Source of the DNA: an uncultured delta proteobacterium
Lineage (GTDB): Bacteria; Myxococcota_A; Polyangia; Haliangiales; Haliangiaceae
Assembly: GCA_963743525.1 (NCBI GenBank)
Contig: CAVUQH010000002.1
Span: 224,001 to 288,000 of the forward strand
Reading direction: 5' to 3'
DNA: 64,000 bases
Shown here piece by piece: positions 51,841-63,589 of the stretch (the stretch's first letter is position 1; each line of letters starts with the position of its first letter). The notes beneath the pieces are model-generated. The model ran no database searches, had not been told where the DNA came from, and saw nothing but the letters and a program-made list of their open reading frames with translations. Position numbers and translations under genes: made by a program.

Positions 51841-52625
51841 TCAAGCCGCCGAGCCGAACGGCAGCTCGACCAGGGTCGCCGGCCGCCCGTCGACCTCGAC
51901 CGAATTGCCCGGATCCCACACGCTGCGGTGGATATAGGCCAGCGCGATGCTGCCGAATCGGGGCGAAACCGCCGCCGAGGTGATGGTTCCCGCGCTCGGC
52001 CGGTCGGCGTGGGCCACGGTGGCGCCGACCGCCACCGGACCGTCGCCCGAGACCGCCAGCCCGCGCATCAGCCGCGCTCCCTGGCCGCGCGAGTGGACCC
52101 GGTAAATCGGCTCCTGGCCGATGTAGCAGCCCTTGTCGTAGCTCACGTGCCGGGCCAGCAGCGACTCGAACGGGAAGCAGTCCTCGTCAACGTCCACCCC
52201 GTAGCGGGGCATGCCGGCCTCGATGCGGCGAACCTCGACCTCGGCCGCCCCGGCGGCCGGCCCGGGTGATGGCTCGAGCAGCGGCGGCGCCGTCCACACC
52301 GACTCGACGTCGTCGGTCCACACCCGGTGCAGCGGCAGCGTGACTGCCTCGAGCGTGACGTCGTCCATGATGATGTGCTTGTCGAGCACGGCAAGGGTCT
52401 TGTCGGTGAGATCCGGCTGGCAGATGACCAGCAGGTGATCGTCAGCGACCATCACCTCGATCACCGACACCACGCGGCCCTTGACGTTGAGCACGGTCGC
52501 GCGGGTCCACTCACCGGCCGGCAGATTCTCGATGTCGGCGCTGCACATGCCGTGCAGGAAGCGCGCGCGGTCCGTGCCGGTCACGCGGATCTTGCCCCAG
52601 TCGGACTGGTCAACCAACAGTTGGG

Positions 52626-52629
<4 letters not shown>
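51841..52629 (-). CDS. ygfZ: YgfZ/GcvT-family folate-binding protein
   Basis: [20 protein letters not shown], signature KGCYIGQE. Confidence 0.9.
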
Positions 52630-53102
<473 letters not shown>

Positions 53103-53148
53103 AGGCCCACGGGTCTACCATCTTTTCGCCGGCGCGGGCTGCGCCGGC

Positions 53149-53592
53149 CTAGTGGATGGCGACCGCGGCGACCAGGCCGGCGACAACGGCCCCGGCCAGC
53201 GCCATGGCCACGCGGGCGCGCAGGAACCGGGGCGGCGGAACCGCCGTGCCGGTACCGCAGCGCTCGATCTTGCGCGGCGGCGGCAGGGTGATGGCCGGAC
53301 GCGATTCACTGATGCGCTTGCGCCGGGCCTCGGCGCGCAGCTGGGCCTCGCGCGGGGTGCCGTCCACTCCCGGCAGCGGCGGGGCGCCGACGTTGACCGC
53401 CTGGCGCTCGAAGATCTGCTCGACGTCGGGGGTATCGTCGACCTCGACCGCCTCGAGGATGAGCGGGAAGGTACACAGAGGGCATTTGGACGTCCCCGCC
53501 GCAAGCCCCACGTAGCGACAGCGATAGCAGACGGCCTGCAGCAGTGCGCTTTCGTTCGTGGTGGTGGGCTCGGCGTGGGCGACGGCGTTCAT
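53149..53592 (-). CDS. Hypothetical Zn-ribbon protein with C-terminal TM anchor
   Basis: SD GGAGG, CYRC...CPLC, APPLPGV, hydrophobic C-terminus. Confidence 0.55.
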   Translation of the reverse strand: MNAVAHAEPTTTNESALLQAVCYRCRYVGLAAGTSKCPLCTFPLILEAVEVDDTPDVEQIFERQAVNVGAPPLPGVDGTPREAQLRAEARRKRISESRPAITLPPPRKIERCGTGTAVPPPRFLRARVAMALAGAVVAGLVAAVAIH

Positions 53593-53748
53593 GGCTACCT
53601 CTGGCTTCCGGCGACACCTCCCTTCCTTGCGAAGCCGATGCCAAGGCCAAGTGTGCGGATTCCGTGGCGACCGACGCCCGACCCGGAGGGCTCGGAGCCC
53701 CACCCCGGGAGGAAGACACCCAGGCGCGCGTGCTATCGTGAACGCCGG

Positions 53749-55014
53749 TTGCGCGCCCCGATCGCCCTCGCCCTCGCCCTGTGCTGGGGTTGCACCAGCT
53801 CCAGCGATCGCGTCAACCCGTTCCCGGTGTCGGTGGATGTGAGCATGGGCCCGATCTCGATCACCGTCAGCGACGGCAATGCGGGCGAGAAGCTCCCGGC
53901 GGTGGTCAACACCAGCGCCCCGGTGACGCTGATCGACGGCTTCGTGCCCGGCGATCCGGTGCCGTCCCCGAGGCGGCGCGACGTCGAGCTGTTGCTCTAC
54001 TCCGGCACCGGCGCTGGCGCCGTCCCGCGCATTGCCCTGTCGGGCGTCTCGAGCTTCGAAATCCACCCGTGCACGGCCACCGACGCCTACTGTGTGGCCG
54101 GCGTGGGCAGCCAGACCGAGCCGGTGCGCGCGATCCTCGGCGCCGACGTGTTGTCGCGGCGCGCGGTCCGCTTCGATCTGCCGCGGTCGGCGCTGCAGTT
54201 CTTCCCCGACATCGCCGGCAGTGACGCCGCCCGCGGCGACGCCTGCGACGCGGTGTTCAAGTCGCCGTTCGCCGGCGGCGGCACGCTGATCCTGGGTGGC
54301 TCGGAGGAGACCTTCACCGGCAACCGGCTGGCCCTGGGCGCGTGCCTGCACTACGACCCCAGCACCGCCACCGACCAGCTCGACCGCGGCTCCGACGCGC
54401 TGTTCATCGTCGCCACCGGAGCGCCAATCAGCATGCTCAGCGAGAGCGCCTACGAGCGCTATCGCACCCTGGTCAACGACACCCAGGTGGCCCCGGCGCT
54501 GGCCGACTTGCCGACCACCACCGTCTACCTGCCGTCGGGCCCGATCGCCGCGCATCTGGGCACCATCACCCGCATCGCCCTGGTCGGCCAGGGCTCGGAC
54601 AAGCGTGGGCCGTGCCAGGAGCTGTACGCCAACCACGTGATGTCGGTGAACGGCTGCCGGGTTCCGGTCCAGCTCAGCAAGGAAGCCTGCATCTGCTACC
54701 AGGCCACCTTCTGCAGCACCGCCGCCGCAGTGGAGATCGATCGGCCGTTCGCGGTGGCGGTGATCAACGACCTCGAGCCGCTGTTGCAGGCGCTGCGCGA
54801 CGAGCTGCGCCCGACCTTCCCCGAGGTCAACGGCCTGCTGGCCCCCAACGCGATGACCCCGCTCGGCTTCGACGTCAACTATCCCAACTCGCGCGCGCTG
54901 GCCCGCTGCGAGGAGTCGAACGGGCTGTGTCGCCCGCCCGGCGGTGCGAGACCTGGACTCTCTGGCCAAGATCTCGGCCTGCCTGCCGTGAGCCCCGGGG
55001 GCCCGTCGTGGTAG
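53749..55014 (+). CDS. Lipoprotein with two degenerate retropepsin-like lobes
   Basis: Lipobox-like WGC; AVVNTSAPVT and ILGADVL, IVATGAPIS and GLLAP; probable extra G at ~54922-54924 (true stop may be 54991). Confidence 0.6.
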   Translation: MRAPIALALALCWGCTSSSDRVNPFPVSVDVSMGPISITVSDGNAGEKLPAVVNTSAPVTLIDGFVPGDPVPSPRRRDVELLLYSGTGAGAVPRIALSGVSSFEIHPCTATDAYCVAGVGSQTEPVRAILGADVLSRRAVRFDLPRSALQFFPDIAGSDAARGDACDAVFKSPFAGGGTLILGGSEETFTGNRLALGACLHYDPSTATDQLDRGSDALFIVATGAPISMLSESAYERYRTLVNDTQVAPALADLPTTTVYLPSGPIAAHLGTITRIALVGQGSDKRGPCQELYANHVMSVNGCRVPVQLSKEACICYQATFCSTAAAVEIDRPFAVAVINDLEPLLQALRDELRPTFPEVNGLLAPNAMTPLGFDVNYPNSRALARCEESNGLCRPPGGARPGLSGQDLGLPAVSPGGPSW

Positions 55015-55028
55015 TTTGGTAGGCCGCC

Positions 55029-55694
55029 ATGGAGTGGTACCCGCTCCAGCTATCCCTGGAGGTCGCGTTGATCGCGACCCTGGTGTCGCTGTTCCTCGGG
55101 GTCGGCATCGCCGCTGCGCTGGCCGCCTGGCGTTTCCCCGGGCGCGAGCTGGTCAACGCCCTGGTCACCGCGCCGCTGGTCCTGCCGCCGACGGTGCTCG
55201 GCTACTACGTACTGGTCTGCCTGGGCCGCGACTCGGCCTTTGGCCACTTCTGGGAGTGGCTGACCGGCGGGCCGATCGTCTTCACCGTGACCGGCTGCGT
55301 GGTCGCGGCGGTGATCGGCGGCTTGCCGATGGTCATCAAGTCGTCGCGAGCGGCGCTCGAAGGTGTCAACCCCAGCCTGGTCAAGGCCGCGCGCACCCTG
55401 GGCGCCGGACCGACGCGCGCGTTCCTGACCGTCAAGCTGCCGCTGGCCGCGCCCGGTGTCATCGCCGGCCTGATGCTGTCGTTCGCCAAGGGGCTGGGCG
55501 AGTTCGGCATCACGCTGATGATCGCCGGCGACATCCCCGGTCAGACACAGACCGCCTCGCTGTACATCTACGACGCCATCCAGGCGCAGAAGGACGCCCA
55601 GGCCTCGGGCATGGTCGCGGTGCTGACCGCCACCGGCATCGGCATCCTCTACGCCGTCAACCGCCTGACGCGGCCCAACCATGACCACCACTGA
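55029..55694 (+). CDS. modB: Molybdate ABC transporter permease
   Basis: PLVLPPTVLGYY, AARTLGA, GLGEFGITLMIAGDIPGQTQT. Confidence 0.93.
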   Translation: MEWYPLQLSLEVALIATLVSLFLGVGIAAALAAWRFPGRELVNALVTAPLVLPPTVLGYYVLVCLGRDSAFGHFWEWLTGGPIVFTVTGCVVAAVIGGLPMVIKSSRAALEGVNPSLVKAARTLGAGPTRAFLTVKLPLAAPGVIAGLMLSFAKGLGEFGITLMIAGDIPGQTQTASLYIYDAIQAQKDAQASGMVAVLTATGIGILYAVNRLTRPNHDHH

Positions 55695-56493
55695 TCGCCC
55701 GCCCAGCCGCGGCGGCGGCTCCACCCTGCACTGCCGCGCGCGCATCACCCGCCGCGGCCGCGGCCACGAGTTCCACCTCGACGTCAACCTCGAGCTGGCG
55801 CCGGGCATCACCATCCTGTTCGGCCCGTCCGGCTCGGGCAAGAGCACCACCCTGCAGTGCATCGCCGGGCTGACCAACCCCGACGACGGCTACATCGCCC
55901 TGGGCGACGAGGTCTGGTTCGATTCCCGGCGCAAGGTCAACCTGGCCGTCCACCGCCGCCACGTCGCCTACGTCTTCCAGTCGCTGGCGCTGTTCCCGCA
56001 CATGACCGGCTGGCGCAACGTCGCGTACGGCCTGCCGCGCAAGATGCCCCGCGACGAGCGCCGCGCCATCGCCGTGGGCAAGCTCGAGCATCTGGGCGTC
56101 GGCCACCTGGCCGACCGCAAGCCGCCCACCTTCTCCGGCGGCGAAGCCCAGCGCGTCGCCCTGGCCCGGGCCCTGGCCATGAACCCGCGCGTCATCCTCC
56201 TCGACGAGCCGTTCAGCGCGCTGGACCGCGACCTGCGCATCCAGCTGGCCACCGTCGTCCGCCGACTGGTCAACGAGATCGACGTGCCGCTGATCCAGGT
56301 CACCCACAACCACGGCGAGGCCCGCGCCCTGGGCGACCACATCCTGCGCATGAAAGACGGCAAGGTCATCCAGTCCGGCACCGCCGACGAAGTCCTCGGC
56401 GACCCCCGCGACATCATCGCCGCCCGCAACCGCGCCCGCGATGCCTTCGACGACATCGGCAAGACCCCGATGCCCGAGCTCCGCCGCAAGTAG
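55681..56493 (+). CDS. modC: Molybdate ABC transporter ATP-binding protein
   Basis: LFGPSGSGKST, YVFQSLALFPHM, FSGGEAQRVALARAL, LLDEPFSALD; overlaps modB. Confidence 0.88.
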   Translation: MTTTDRPPSRGGGSTLHCRARITRRGRGHEFHLDVNLELAPGITILFGPSGSGKSTTLQCIAGLTNPDDGYIALGDEVWFDSRRKVNLAVHRRHVAYVFQSLALFPHMTGWRNVAYGLPRKMPRDERRAIAVGKLEHLGVGHLADRKPPTFSGGEAQRVALARALAMNPRVILLDEPFSALDRDLRIQLATVVRRLVNEIDVPLIQVTHNHGEARALGDHILRMKDGKVIQSGTADEVLGDPRDIIAARNRARDAFDDIGKTPMPELRRK

Positions 56494-56548
56494 CGCCGAT
56501 GACCCGGCTACATGGTCGCGCAATTCGCGCTGCGCGGCCATGAGCCCG

Positions 56549-57721
56549 TCAGCTGCCGGGCGGACGATCGCGCTGAATCACGCGCAGGCGGTCTCGACCG
56601 AGCAACTGCAGGACGGTGACGCCGGGGCTGCCCGTGGGAAGCACTGCCAGGACATCGCAGTCGCTGCCGCCGCCGTGGTCGCCGAGGACGAGGGCGTGGA
56701 CCTCTGCCGGAGTCGTTGCCATCGCCAGCCGCCGACCCTCGTCCTTGTCAACCTCGTAGAGGCTGTAGGCGCAGGTCGTCCTCCGCCCGGCGGGCTTGGA
56801 CGGGAAGACCGCCGTGTGAGCCCCCCCGCCGTACGACAACTGATAGCGGTAGAACCACAGGTGCTTGCCGTCGAACCCGGCGTGCAGCGAGCCGTCGAAC
56901 GATCCGGACTGCACGTCCTGGTCGAGGCCGATCGTCGATCGCAGCATGCCGTCGGCGGCCGTTCGCACCTGAGCCACGGTGCCGTGGCCGGGCTCGCGCC
57001 CGCGAAGGACGATCCAGTGACCGTCCGTCAACAAGAACAGCACGTCGGGGCCGCGATCGACTGTGCGATCCAGGCCCGTTTCCTGCCGCCACAGCTCTTT
57101 TCCCGTGCTGCCGTCGAGTGCCAGCAACGTCCCGATCTGCTGCGTCACCCGTCCGGCGTCAACGGCCAGCGACAACACGACGACGTGTCCGTCCGGGGAC
57201 GCCGCCATGCCGGTGACCGTCTCGCCCTCCGCAATGGTCGCGGTCCACCCCGGTCCGTTGCTACTGGGCGGGAAGAGCTCGACAGCTGGAGCTCCGTCAG
57301 CCCCGCTGACGGCACGAACGACGCCAGCGCCCGCCACCGCGCGGATGATCGGGGCGGATCGACCTCGAGGCCCCTCGGCCGGCAACGTGTACCGGTCTCC
57401 GCGGACCACGTCAACCAGAGTCGCTCCCTGGAAGACCAGGGGATCCTGATCAGTGGGCATCCACCAGTCCGCCTCCATCCGCGCGTTCTGTTTGTTCCCG
57501 TCCAGCACGACGACGCCCGTGCCCTGACCGACACCCGTCAACGCCAGCACCAGCCCCGACTGTGTCGATCCGACGAAGGCGCCCAGCTCCGAGAACCCAC
57601 TGTCCAATGTCCCGATCCATTCGTGCGTCACGGAGCGACCTCCCTGGTGTTTGCACGCCACCAGAAGCGCGCCGGCTGCGGCCAGCGCGAGAACGTGCCG
57701 TCGGAAGAAGATGTTCGCCAC
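56549..57721 (-). CDS. PQQ-like beta-propeller lipoprotein (candidate immunity protein)
   Basis: GTG at 57721 overlaps the upstream TAG; lipobox [19 protein letters not shown]. Confidence 0.6.
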   Translation of the reverse strand: MANIFFRRHVLALAAAGALLVACKHQGGRSVTHEWIGTLDSGFSELGAFVGSTQSGLVLALTGVGQGTGVVVLDGNKQNARMEADWWMPTDQDPLVFQGATLVDVVRGDRYTLPAEGPRGRSAPIIRAVAGAGVVRAVSGADGAPAVELFPPSSNGPGWTATIAEGETVTGMAASPDGHVVVLSLAVDAGRVTQQIGTLLALDGSTGKELWRQETGLDRTVDRGPDVLFLLTDGHWIVLRGREPGHGTVAQVRTAADGMLRSTIGLDQDVQSGSFDGSLHAGFDGKHLWFYRYQLSYGGGAHTAVFPSKPAGRRTTCAYSLYEVDKDEGRRLAMATTPAEVHALVLGDHGGGSDCDVLAVLPTGSPGVTVLQLLGRDRLRVIQRDRPPGS

Positions 57722-59707
57722 TAGCTGACGATCTCCAGCAGGAAGGCCAGACAGTCGTCTGCGTTGCGGACCCGATCCAAGACGCGCTTCTTGAACGCCT
57801 TCTTGGGAAACAGGTGCCCATGGGCGGCCCACGTGATCAAGGGCGACGCGACATAGGCAAGCCGCGCCCAACCCGAGGCGAACGGATTGATCTCTTCGTC
57901 GAGACCCTTGTAGATCCCGTCCAGCTGATTGCCCATGGTTCCACCGCTCTTCATGTCGCCAACGATGATGGCACCGTAGGTCAGCGGGTCCGTGCTTCGA
58001 AACCCGGGCGATCCACAGCTCTCGCAGTGTATCGACGTTCCAACCGAGCGTCCCCTGATCGAACGACGTGTCGATCCGCGGCATCAGCTGTTCGGGGCCG
58101 TACTTGGCGCCCGCCATGGCCGGGGACGGCGTGGCCTGTTTCACCTGGTCGAGGATCTGGTCGTGGGGAAGCGGGGTCGCCGCGTCGCGTTTCCCGTACG
58201 AGTGAGCGATACGCACTTCGTCGCACCCGATCTGAACCGCCGTCGTTGCCACGCTGAGGTTGGACAGGTGGCTCATGCCGTCGTCCGGCACGGTCTTGTG
58301 CAGCCCGCCGTCGCCGAAGGCGAGCCATCGCCATCCCAGATCGTTGACCATCCACAGCCCAGCATCGTTGTCGGCCTTGTGCGTCATCAGACCGACGATG
58401 TCACCCAACTTGGGAAGCGGCTTGCTTCCGAGCTGCGCGGTGACCATCTCGCGGACCTTCGGTTTGATCTTCGACACCGGGATCATGTCGGACATCCCGG
58501 TCGCGTCGTCGCCCAGCTGCTCCGAGATGTCGTTGACCAGCTTGTCCACGAACTGGGTGCCGAAGTCTGGATATTTTCCGTTCCAGTGCTCGCTGATCGA
58601 GGTGCGCGGCGTGCTGACATGACCCGCGGCAAACGAGTCGGTCAGGAAGTGCCCTCCGAGACCCTCCATGACCATCGCTTCCTGAATGTCGTGGCCGCCC
58701 GCGCCTAGCTGGTACGCCTTCACGATCGCGGCCTCGTGCCAGCCGCGATAGCTGCTGTGCGATGAACCCGGGCCTCCCGCGGTACCCGCGTGGGGATTGG
58801 CGAAGTGGTTGTCGTTCTGCGACGCGAGCGCGTAGTAGCGAGCCTCGACGCTCTGTTTGACCGCCGCCGAGAAGCTCAGATGCGACCATTTTCCGCCGGG
58901 CGCAAAGCGAGGGTCGGAGGTACCCAGGTTGTCGTACAGGGCGTAGATCAGCTCGTCCTGGGTGTACGGCAGCCGCCCCGGAATGGCAGATGGCGCGTTG
59001 AGCAACCTCAAGAGATCTTCCGGGCTGAAGTGATCACCGCTGAGCAACACCAGGTCTCCGTGGGTGAACTCCTGCGCGCCGAACTTGTACGTCTCACCCC
59101 CGCTGCCGGCATCTCCGAGCTCCTTGTGTTCGGGCTCGACGAAGCGCTGGACGCCAATCTTGCCAGCTCCGGCCGCGGGCACCTCGGTCATCAGGTCCCG
59201 CGCCGACTGACCTGCGACCACGCGGTCGGCGACGGCGTCGGCGTGCTGCTCGTATTGATCGCCGACCTCGCCCACGCCCCCTTCGAGGCTCACCCCCGAA
59301 CGTTGCTGCAGCACGTGCGTCGCCTCGTGCGCGGCCGTGTGCAAATCTGGTTGGCGGGCGAAGCCGACCTTGTCGCCGGTGGCGTACGCGGCGGCGCCGA
59401 TGGATTGCGCGGCATCGGTCGCCGGCCCGCCGACCTGAGCTTGGATCCCCTCGATCGCCGGGCGGTGCTCTTCACCGAGGTGCTCAATGATGGTATCGGC
59501 GTGCGGAATCCGCCCGGATGCCCCGTCCACGCCTTCCGTGGCTGCGGTCTGGATTTGCTCCGACGATTGGGGCCGAGGCGACTCGGCTTCCTTGGCCTGG
59601 ACCAGATACCGCGCCGCCACCCGGGAACGCTTGCCCGGCGCGAGCTTCCTCTGGACGAGCAAATCCGCAGGTCCCGGCCGCGCACCATCCGATCGTTTGC
59701 CCTTCAC
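57721..59707 (-). CDS. DUF4157 (eCIS core domain) protein with C-terminal Zn-phospholipase C-like domain (one frameshift)
   Basis: [17 protein letters not shown]...[12 protein letters not shown]...[10 protein letters not shown]...VQR; then [43 protein letters not shown]; extra G at 57986-57988. Confidence 0.75.
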
Positions 59708-59836
59708 CCTGCGACCTCCTGCCGACCACGAGAACAGCGTGACCTACGCCACTCCAGTAGTCGGCCCAGTTCCAGAATGTACGCAAGTCGGACTCTGTAA
59801 TCGCCCTCTGTCTGAGTCTTTCTTGGCGACTCGCGG

Positions 59837-61183
59837 TCATCTGCCAGGCGTTGTGCCCGACCCTACACGCGGCATGGTGACCAGGATGTCGCTGCTCGGC
59901 GCCTCGATGCCGGTCTTGCGCGTCTGTTGGTAGCCGTTGCGGCGGAAGCGCAGGCGGTGCGGCCCCGGGCCCAGGTCGGAGATGATGAAGTAGCCGTCGG
60001 CGTTGGTGTAGGTCTTGTTGTAGCGCTCTTTCGAGCCCACGACGCCCTGGGCGACTTGTACCAGCGCCAGGGGATGGCCGGACTCGTCGACGACGTGGCC
60101 ACTGAGGCTGAGCTCGGCTTTGCCCAGCTCGAGGACGATGTTGGTTCGGCTCTCACCCGGCTCGAGATCGAAGGCGACCGGCTTGGACTGGGCGTATCCG
60201 CGGGCCGCCGCTTCGACGATCGTGTGTGTCGGGCGGATGACCTGGTAGCGAAAGTGCCCCTGCGCATCGGTGGATACGGGGATGCGATCGTACTCACCGG
60301 TGCCGGGAATCTGCATCGAGGCCAGGACCTTGGCGTCGCCGATGGTCTCGTGGTCGGGTCCGCGAACCACGCCTTCGACATAGCCGTTGGGGATCACGAT
60401 GATGTTGACGTTGTTCCGCGCTTCGCCCGGTGCCAACGCGTGGACCCGCGTTCGGCCGGCGGCGGATCGACTGCTCGCGTCGACTACGAGATTTCCCGGC
60501 ACCGTGAACAGTTCGAAGCTGCCGTCGTCCGCGACCTCCGCGGTGCCGAGCTCGCCGAGGGCGGCCAGCTCGGACGTCTTATTGCTGTCGCGATGGGGAA
60601 CGACGACGGCGCCGGCCGCGGGGCTGCGATCGCGGTAGCGAACGTGGCCGCGGATCACCGACTGCCGCTGCACACGAATGTCGAAGCGCCGGGCGGTGGA
60701 GCCGAGCTCGAGCGGCGGGAGACCCACGGCGATGACTCGCTCGCCGATGGCGCGCACGCGATACCTGCCCGGCACCAGGTGCAGCGAGTAGGCGCCCTTG
60801 TCGTCGCTGGTGGCCGTCGACTCCGCGCCCTTGTCGTCGGCGAAGATGACGTCAACCGAGGCGGCCGGGCTGTCGCCCTGGTTGGTGACGTGTCCGTACA
60901 CCTGTACAGGGACCGGCGCGGACGCGGCCAGCGGTTCGGGCTCGATGGGCACGTCGGCGGCTGGAGCGCCCCGTTGGTCGCCGGTGTTCACGCCACCCGT
61001 GTCATCCCGCGAAGCAGACTCTGCGGATCCCGGAGTCGGGTCCGAGCCGGCCGCGGGCGTCGGATCCCGCGCAACAGACTTCGCCGGCGCGTCGCCGCGC
61101 GAGAGCCACCACGCGGCGACCAGGCCCGCAACCACGAGCGCGATCAGCAGGGCCCAGGTTCTGTGCTTCGTCAGCCGCGGCAT
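59837..61183 (-). CDS. Membrane-anchored carboxypeptidase-regulatory-like repeat protein
   Basis: N-terminal TM, Pro/Ala linker, four beta-sandwich repeats (GHVTN, GHVRY, GVVRGPD, GHVVDESG). Confidence 0.75.
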   Translation of the reverse strand: MPRLTKHRTWALLIALVVAGLVAAWWLSRGDAPAKSVARDPTPAAGSDPTPGSAESASRDDTGGVNTGDQRGAPAADVPIEPEPLAASAPVPVQVYGHVTNQGDSPAASVDVIFADDKGAESTATSDDKGAYSLHLVPGRYRVRAIGERVIAVGLPPLELGSTARRFDIRVQRQSVIRGHVRYRDRSPAAGAVVVPHRDSNKTSELAALGELGTAEVADDGSFELFTVPGNLVVDASSRSAAGRTRVHALAPGEARNNVNIIVIPNGYVEGVVRGPDHETIGDAKVLASMQIPGTGEYDRIPVSTDAQGHFRYQVIRPTHTIVEAAARGYAQSKPVAFDLEPGESRTNIVLELGKAELSLSGHVVDESGHPLALVQVAQGVVGSKERYNKTYTNADGYFIISDLGPGPHRLRFRRNGYQQTRKTGIEAPSSDILVTMPRVGSGTTPGR

Positions 61184-61416
61184 GCTCGACCCAACCTTAT
61201 ACTCGATGGTGACGGTCGCGAAATCTCCCGCGGGTGCGGCTCCAGTGGTTGCCGGCAAGCCTCTCCCCGGCGGAATGCCGCCGGCCTCGCGCTCAGGAGC
61301 CGCCGGCGAAACGGATGTCGGAGACGTCGACGGGCTTGCCGCTATCCGGGTCGACGGTGACCAGACGCGCCTCTCGTCGAAATTCTTGGCGTGCTCGTCG
61401 ACGGCGCCACTGGCGC

Positions 61417-62256
61417 TTACCGGCACATCCGTGAGGTGACGTAGAGATCGGACTGGCCGTCGCTCGATGACGCGAAGTAGAGCTCCAACCCGTCGCTGCG
61501 GAGTGCGGGATCGCTCTCGCAGCAAGCGTCGCCGATGCCGGGAACGGGCACAGCGGCGATGAACGCAGCTTGTGTCGTCCGGCGCGTGGATTGGTACAGG
61601 GTCGTGCTGGCGGTCTGCTCGTCGTACTGCTCGAAGAGGATGGTGCGTTCGTCGGCGCTGAGCGTGGCGAAGCCCCGCCCGGGCGAACGGTCGAGGCCGG
61701 GAACCGGCGTTCCGCCCGCGAATGCGGCGGTCCGGTCCGTCCGGGTCGACATCATCAACGTCCCCCACTGCTCGTGGACGACAGTGGTGTTGTAGTAGAG
61801 ACGCAGCCCATCGGGGCTCACATACGGTCCCGTGCAGCCTTGCGGGCAGAGGTCGGAGAGCACGGTCGGTGGGCCCCACGAGTCGCTCGTGGACGCGCGC
61901 CGGGAGACATAGAGCTGGAGCGGACCTGCGCGATCGCTGGTGAAGTAGAGCTCGAGGCCATCGCCGGTCACCGACGCGCGGCTGTCGTTGCCCGGCGATT
62001 GCAGGATGTCGAGGTGAGTCGGCGCGCCGAAGGAAGAGCCCATGTCCGGACGCGTGGCGACGTAGATCTCGAGGTCGCCGGTGTCGGCCGAGGCGACGTA
62101 GATGGACAGCCCGTCAGGCGCCAGCAAGCCCGTGAAGTCGTTCCCTGCCGAGCTCAGTTCTGCGACGCGCGCCGGCGCACTCCACGCGCAGTCGTCGAAG
62201 CCAATACGACCACACCCCGCGACTCCCACGAGGAGCAGTAAGACGACCACTCCCAT
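61417..62256 (-). CDS. PD40/TolB-like beta-propeller lipoprotein
   Basis: Lipobox VAGCGRIGFD; repeated DGLELYFTS/DGLRLYY units. Confidence 0.8.
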   Translation of the reverse strand: MGVVVLLLLVGVAGCGRIGFDDCAWSAPARVAELSSAGNDFTGLLAPDGLSIYVASADTGDLEIYVATRPDMGSSFGAPTHLDILQSPGNDSRASVTGDGLELYFTSDRAGPLQLYVSRRASTSDSWGPPTVLSDLCPQGCTGPYVSPDGLRLYYNTTVVHEQWGTLMMSTRTDRTAAFAGGTPVPGLDRSPGRGFATLSADERTILFEQYDEQTASTTLYQSTRRTTQAAFIAAVPVPGIGDACCESDPALRSDGLELYFASSSDGQSDLYVTSRMCR

Positions 62257-62448
62257 CGACTGCTGATTGTACCGCCGTCCACGGCCCGCGAAGTGATTGG
62301 ACATTTGCGCCGAGAAGCCGTGTCATTCCGACAGATTGCGACCCCCGTGCGTGTCCCCGGGCGCGATGGGGACACTCCCGAAAGCGCAGCAGGCGCGCGC
62401 CCGTCGAGGGCCGCGCGCCTGCCGTGCTCCATGGCTGTTTGCGGACTG

Positions 62449-62740
62449 CTACCGGTGCAGCTCGAAGCTGAGCTTCGACTGGCCGCCGGCCTTGACGGTC
62501 ACCTTCTGGCCGGATGCCTTCAGGTGCGAGTTCCACACATCGATCTCGTAGGTCCCGGGCGGAACGTTGGCGATGGTGAACGAGCCGTTCTTGCTGACCG
62601 CCGCCGAGTACGGATTCTGGCCGACGAAGACGTAGCCGAGCATCTCGGGATGCACGCCGCACAGCAGGGTGAAGGTCCCGGCCTTGGCGAAGGTCTGCGT
62701 CTTCGAGCCGTTGAAGCCCCACATGCCCAGGTTGAAGCCA
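62449..62740 (-). pseudogene. 3' fragment of a cupredoxin + carboxypeptidase-regulatory-like gene
   Basis: GFNLGMWGFNGSK...CGVHPEM...NVPPGTYEIDVW; 5' part is replaced by low-complexity sequence (possibly an assembly artefact). Confidence 0.55.
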
Positions 62741-62825
62741 CCGGGTAGAGTTGGAGTGGAGAGTGGTGGAGAGGTAGGTGGAGTGGGGTGGTAGAGGGTT
62801 TAGCGAGGTGTGTGGAGTGCTGTAC

Positions 62826-63516
62826 GGGGAGCTCGAGCCAGGCTCGAGTTGGCGCTTTGCGCGAGAGGAACACGGGATCGTTTCTGGGAGACAACTGCGG
62901 GCACGCTTCGCATCACGTCGTTCATGGACGGCCACGCCGATTGCACCTTTGCGATGTGCGCGCAGCATCGACGCGTGGCTGCCGGAGAGCGACACCCTGC
63001 AGGTCATCGAACTACGGATCGGGATGGGGGAGAGCGCGCTGTATTGGCGAGCGCGCGCTCATGCTCAGGTCTACGACAGTCGCGGCGCATCTGGCCGCTA
63101 TCAAGGCATGGTCATGGTGCGCGTGGAGATCGGCATTGTCGGACGGCTGGCGCTGGCACTGGCATCGCCGACCGACAAACGAGCGGCCACCTGCGCGCCG
63201 CGCGCAAGCACTCGCGGGCGATCGGCAAGGAACCGCTTCTCCTCGCCAGCCAACTCAGCAGCCTGCTCGAAGCGAGCATCCTCCACGCCGAAGGTCGCGC
63301 CGAGCGCGCGAGCTCCTCGGCCTGTGCGTGACGGTTCGACGCCAGCGGCACCAAGCTCTACGCCGCCGCGGCGCGCCGGCGACTCGGCCAGCTGCAGGGT
63401 GGCGACCGGGCGGGCAGCTCGTGGCGCGAGCCGACGACTGGTTGCGCGGGCAAAACGTGCGCGAGCCAGCGCGGCTCGTGGCCACTCTGGCCCCCGGTTT
63501 TCGCACCGGCGACTAA
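62826..63516 (+). pseudogene. Frameshifted C-terminal fragment of a myxobacterial kinase/ATPase-TPR protein
   Basis: Pieces in different frames: GRLALALA, SLLEASILH, LYAAAARRRLGQLQGG, ADDWLRGQNVREPARLVATLAPGF-stop. Confidence 0.5.
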
Positions 63517-63589
63517 GGGCGCGGCCGAAACGAGCGCAGGCGCGAGCCCCAGGGGCGCGCGCCTGCGATCGAGCGCATGGCGCCGAACG

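Noticed and set aside
56549..59707. Single 1052-aa fusion ORF given by the ORF track
   Set aside because: Produced by a +1 indel at ~57987; repair gives a toxin ending at 57721 and a separate lipoprotein with its own signal peptide
62743..62815. G-quadruplex or telomere-like tract
   Set aside because: Aperiodic, coincides with gene truncation and a drop in sequence quality; more likely a basecalling/chimera artefact
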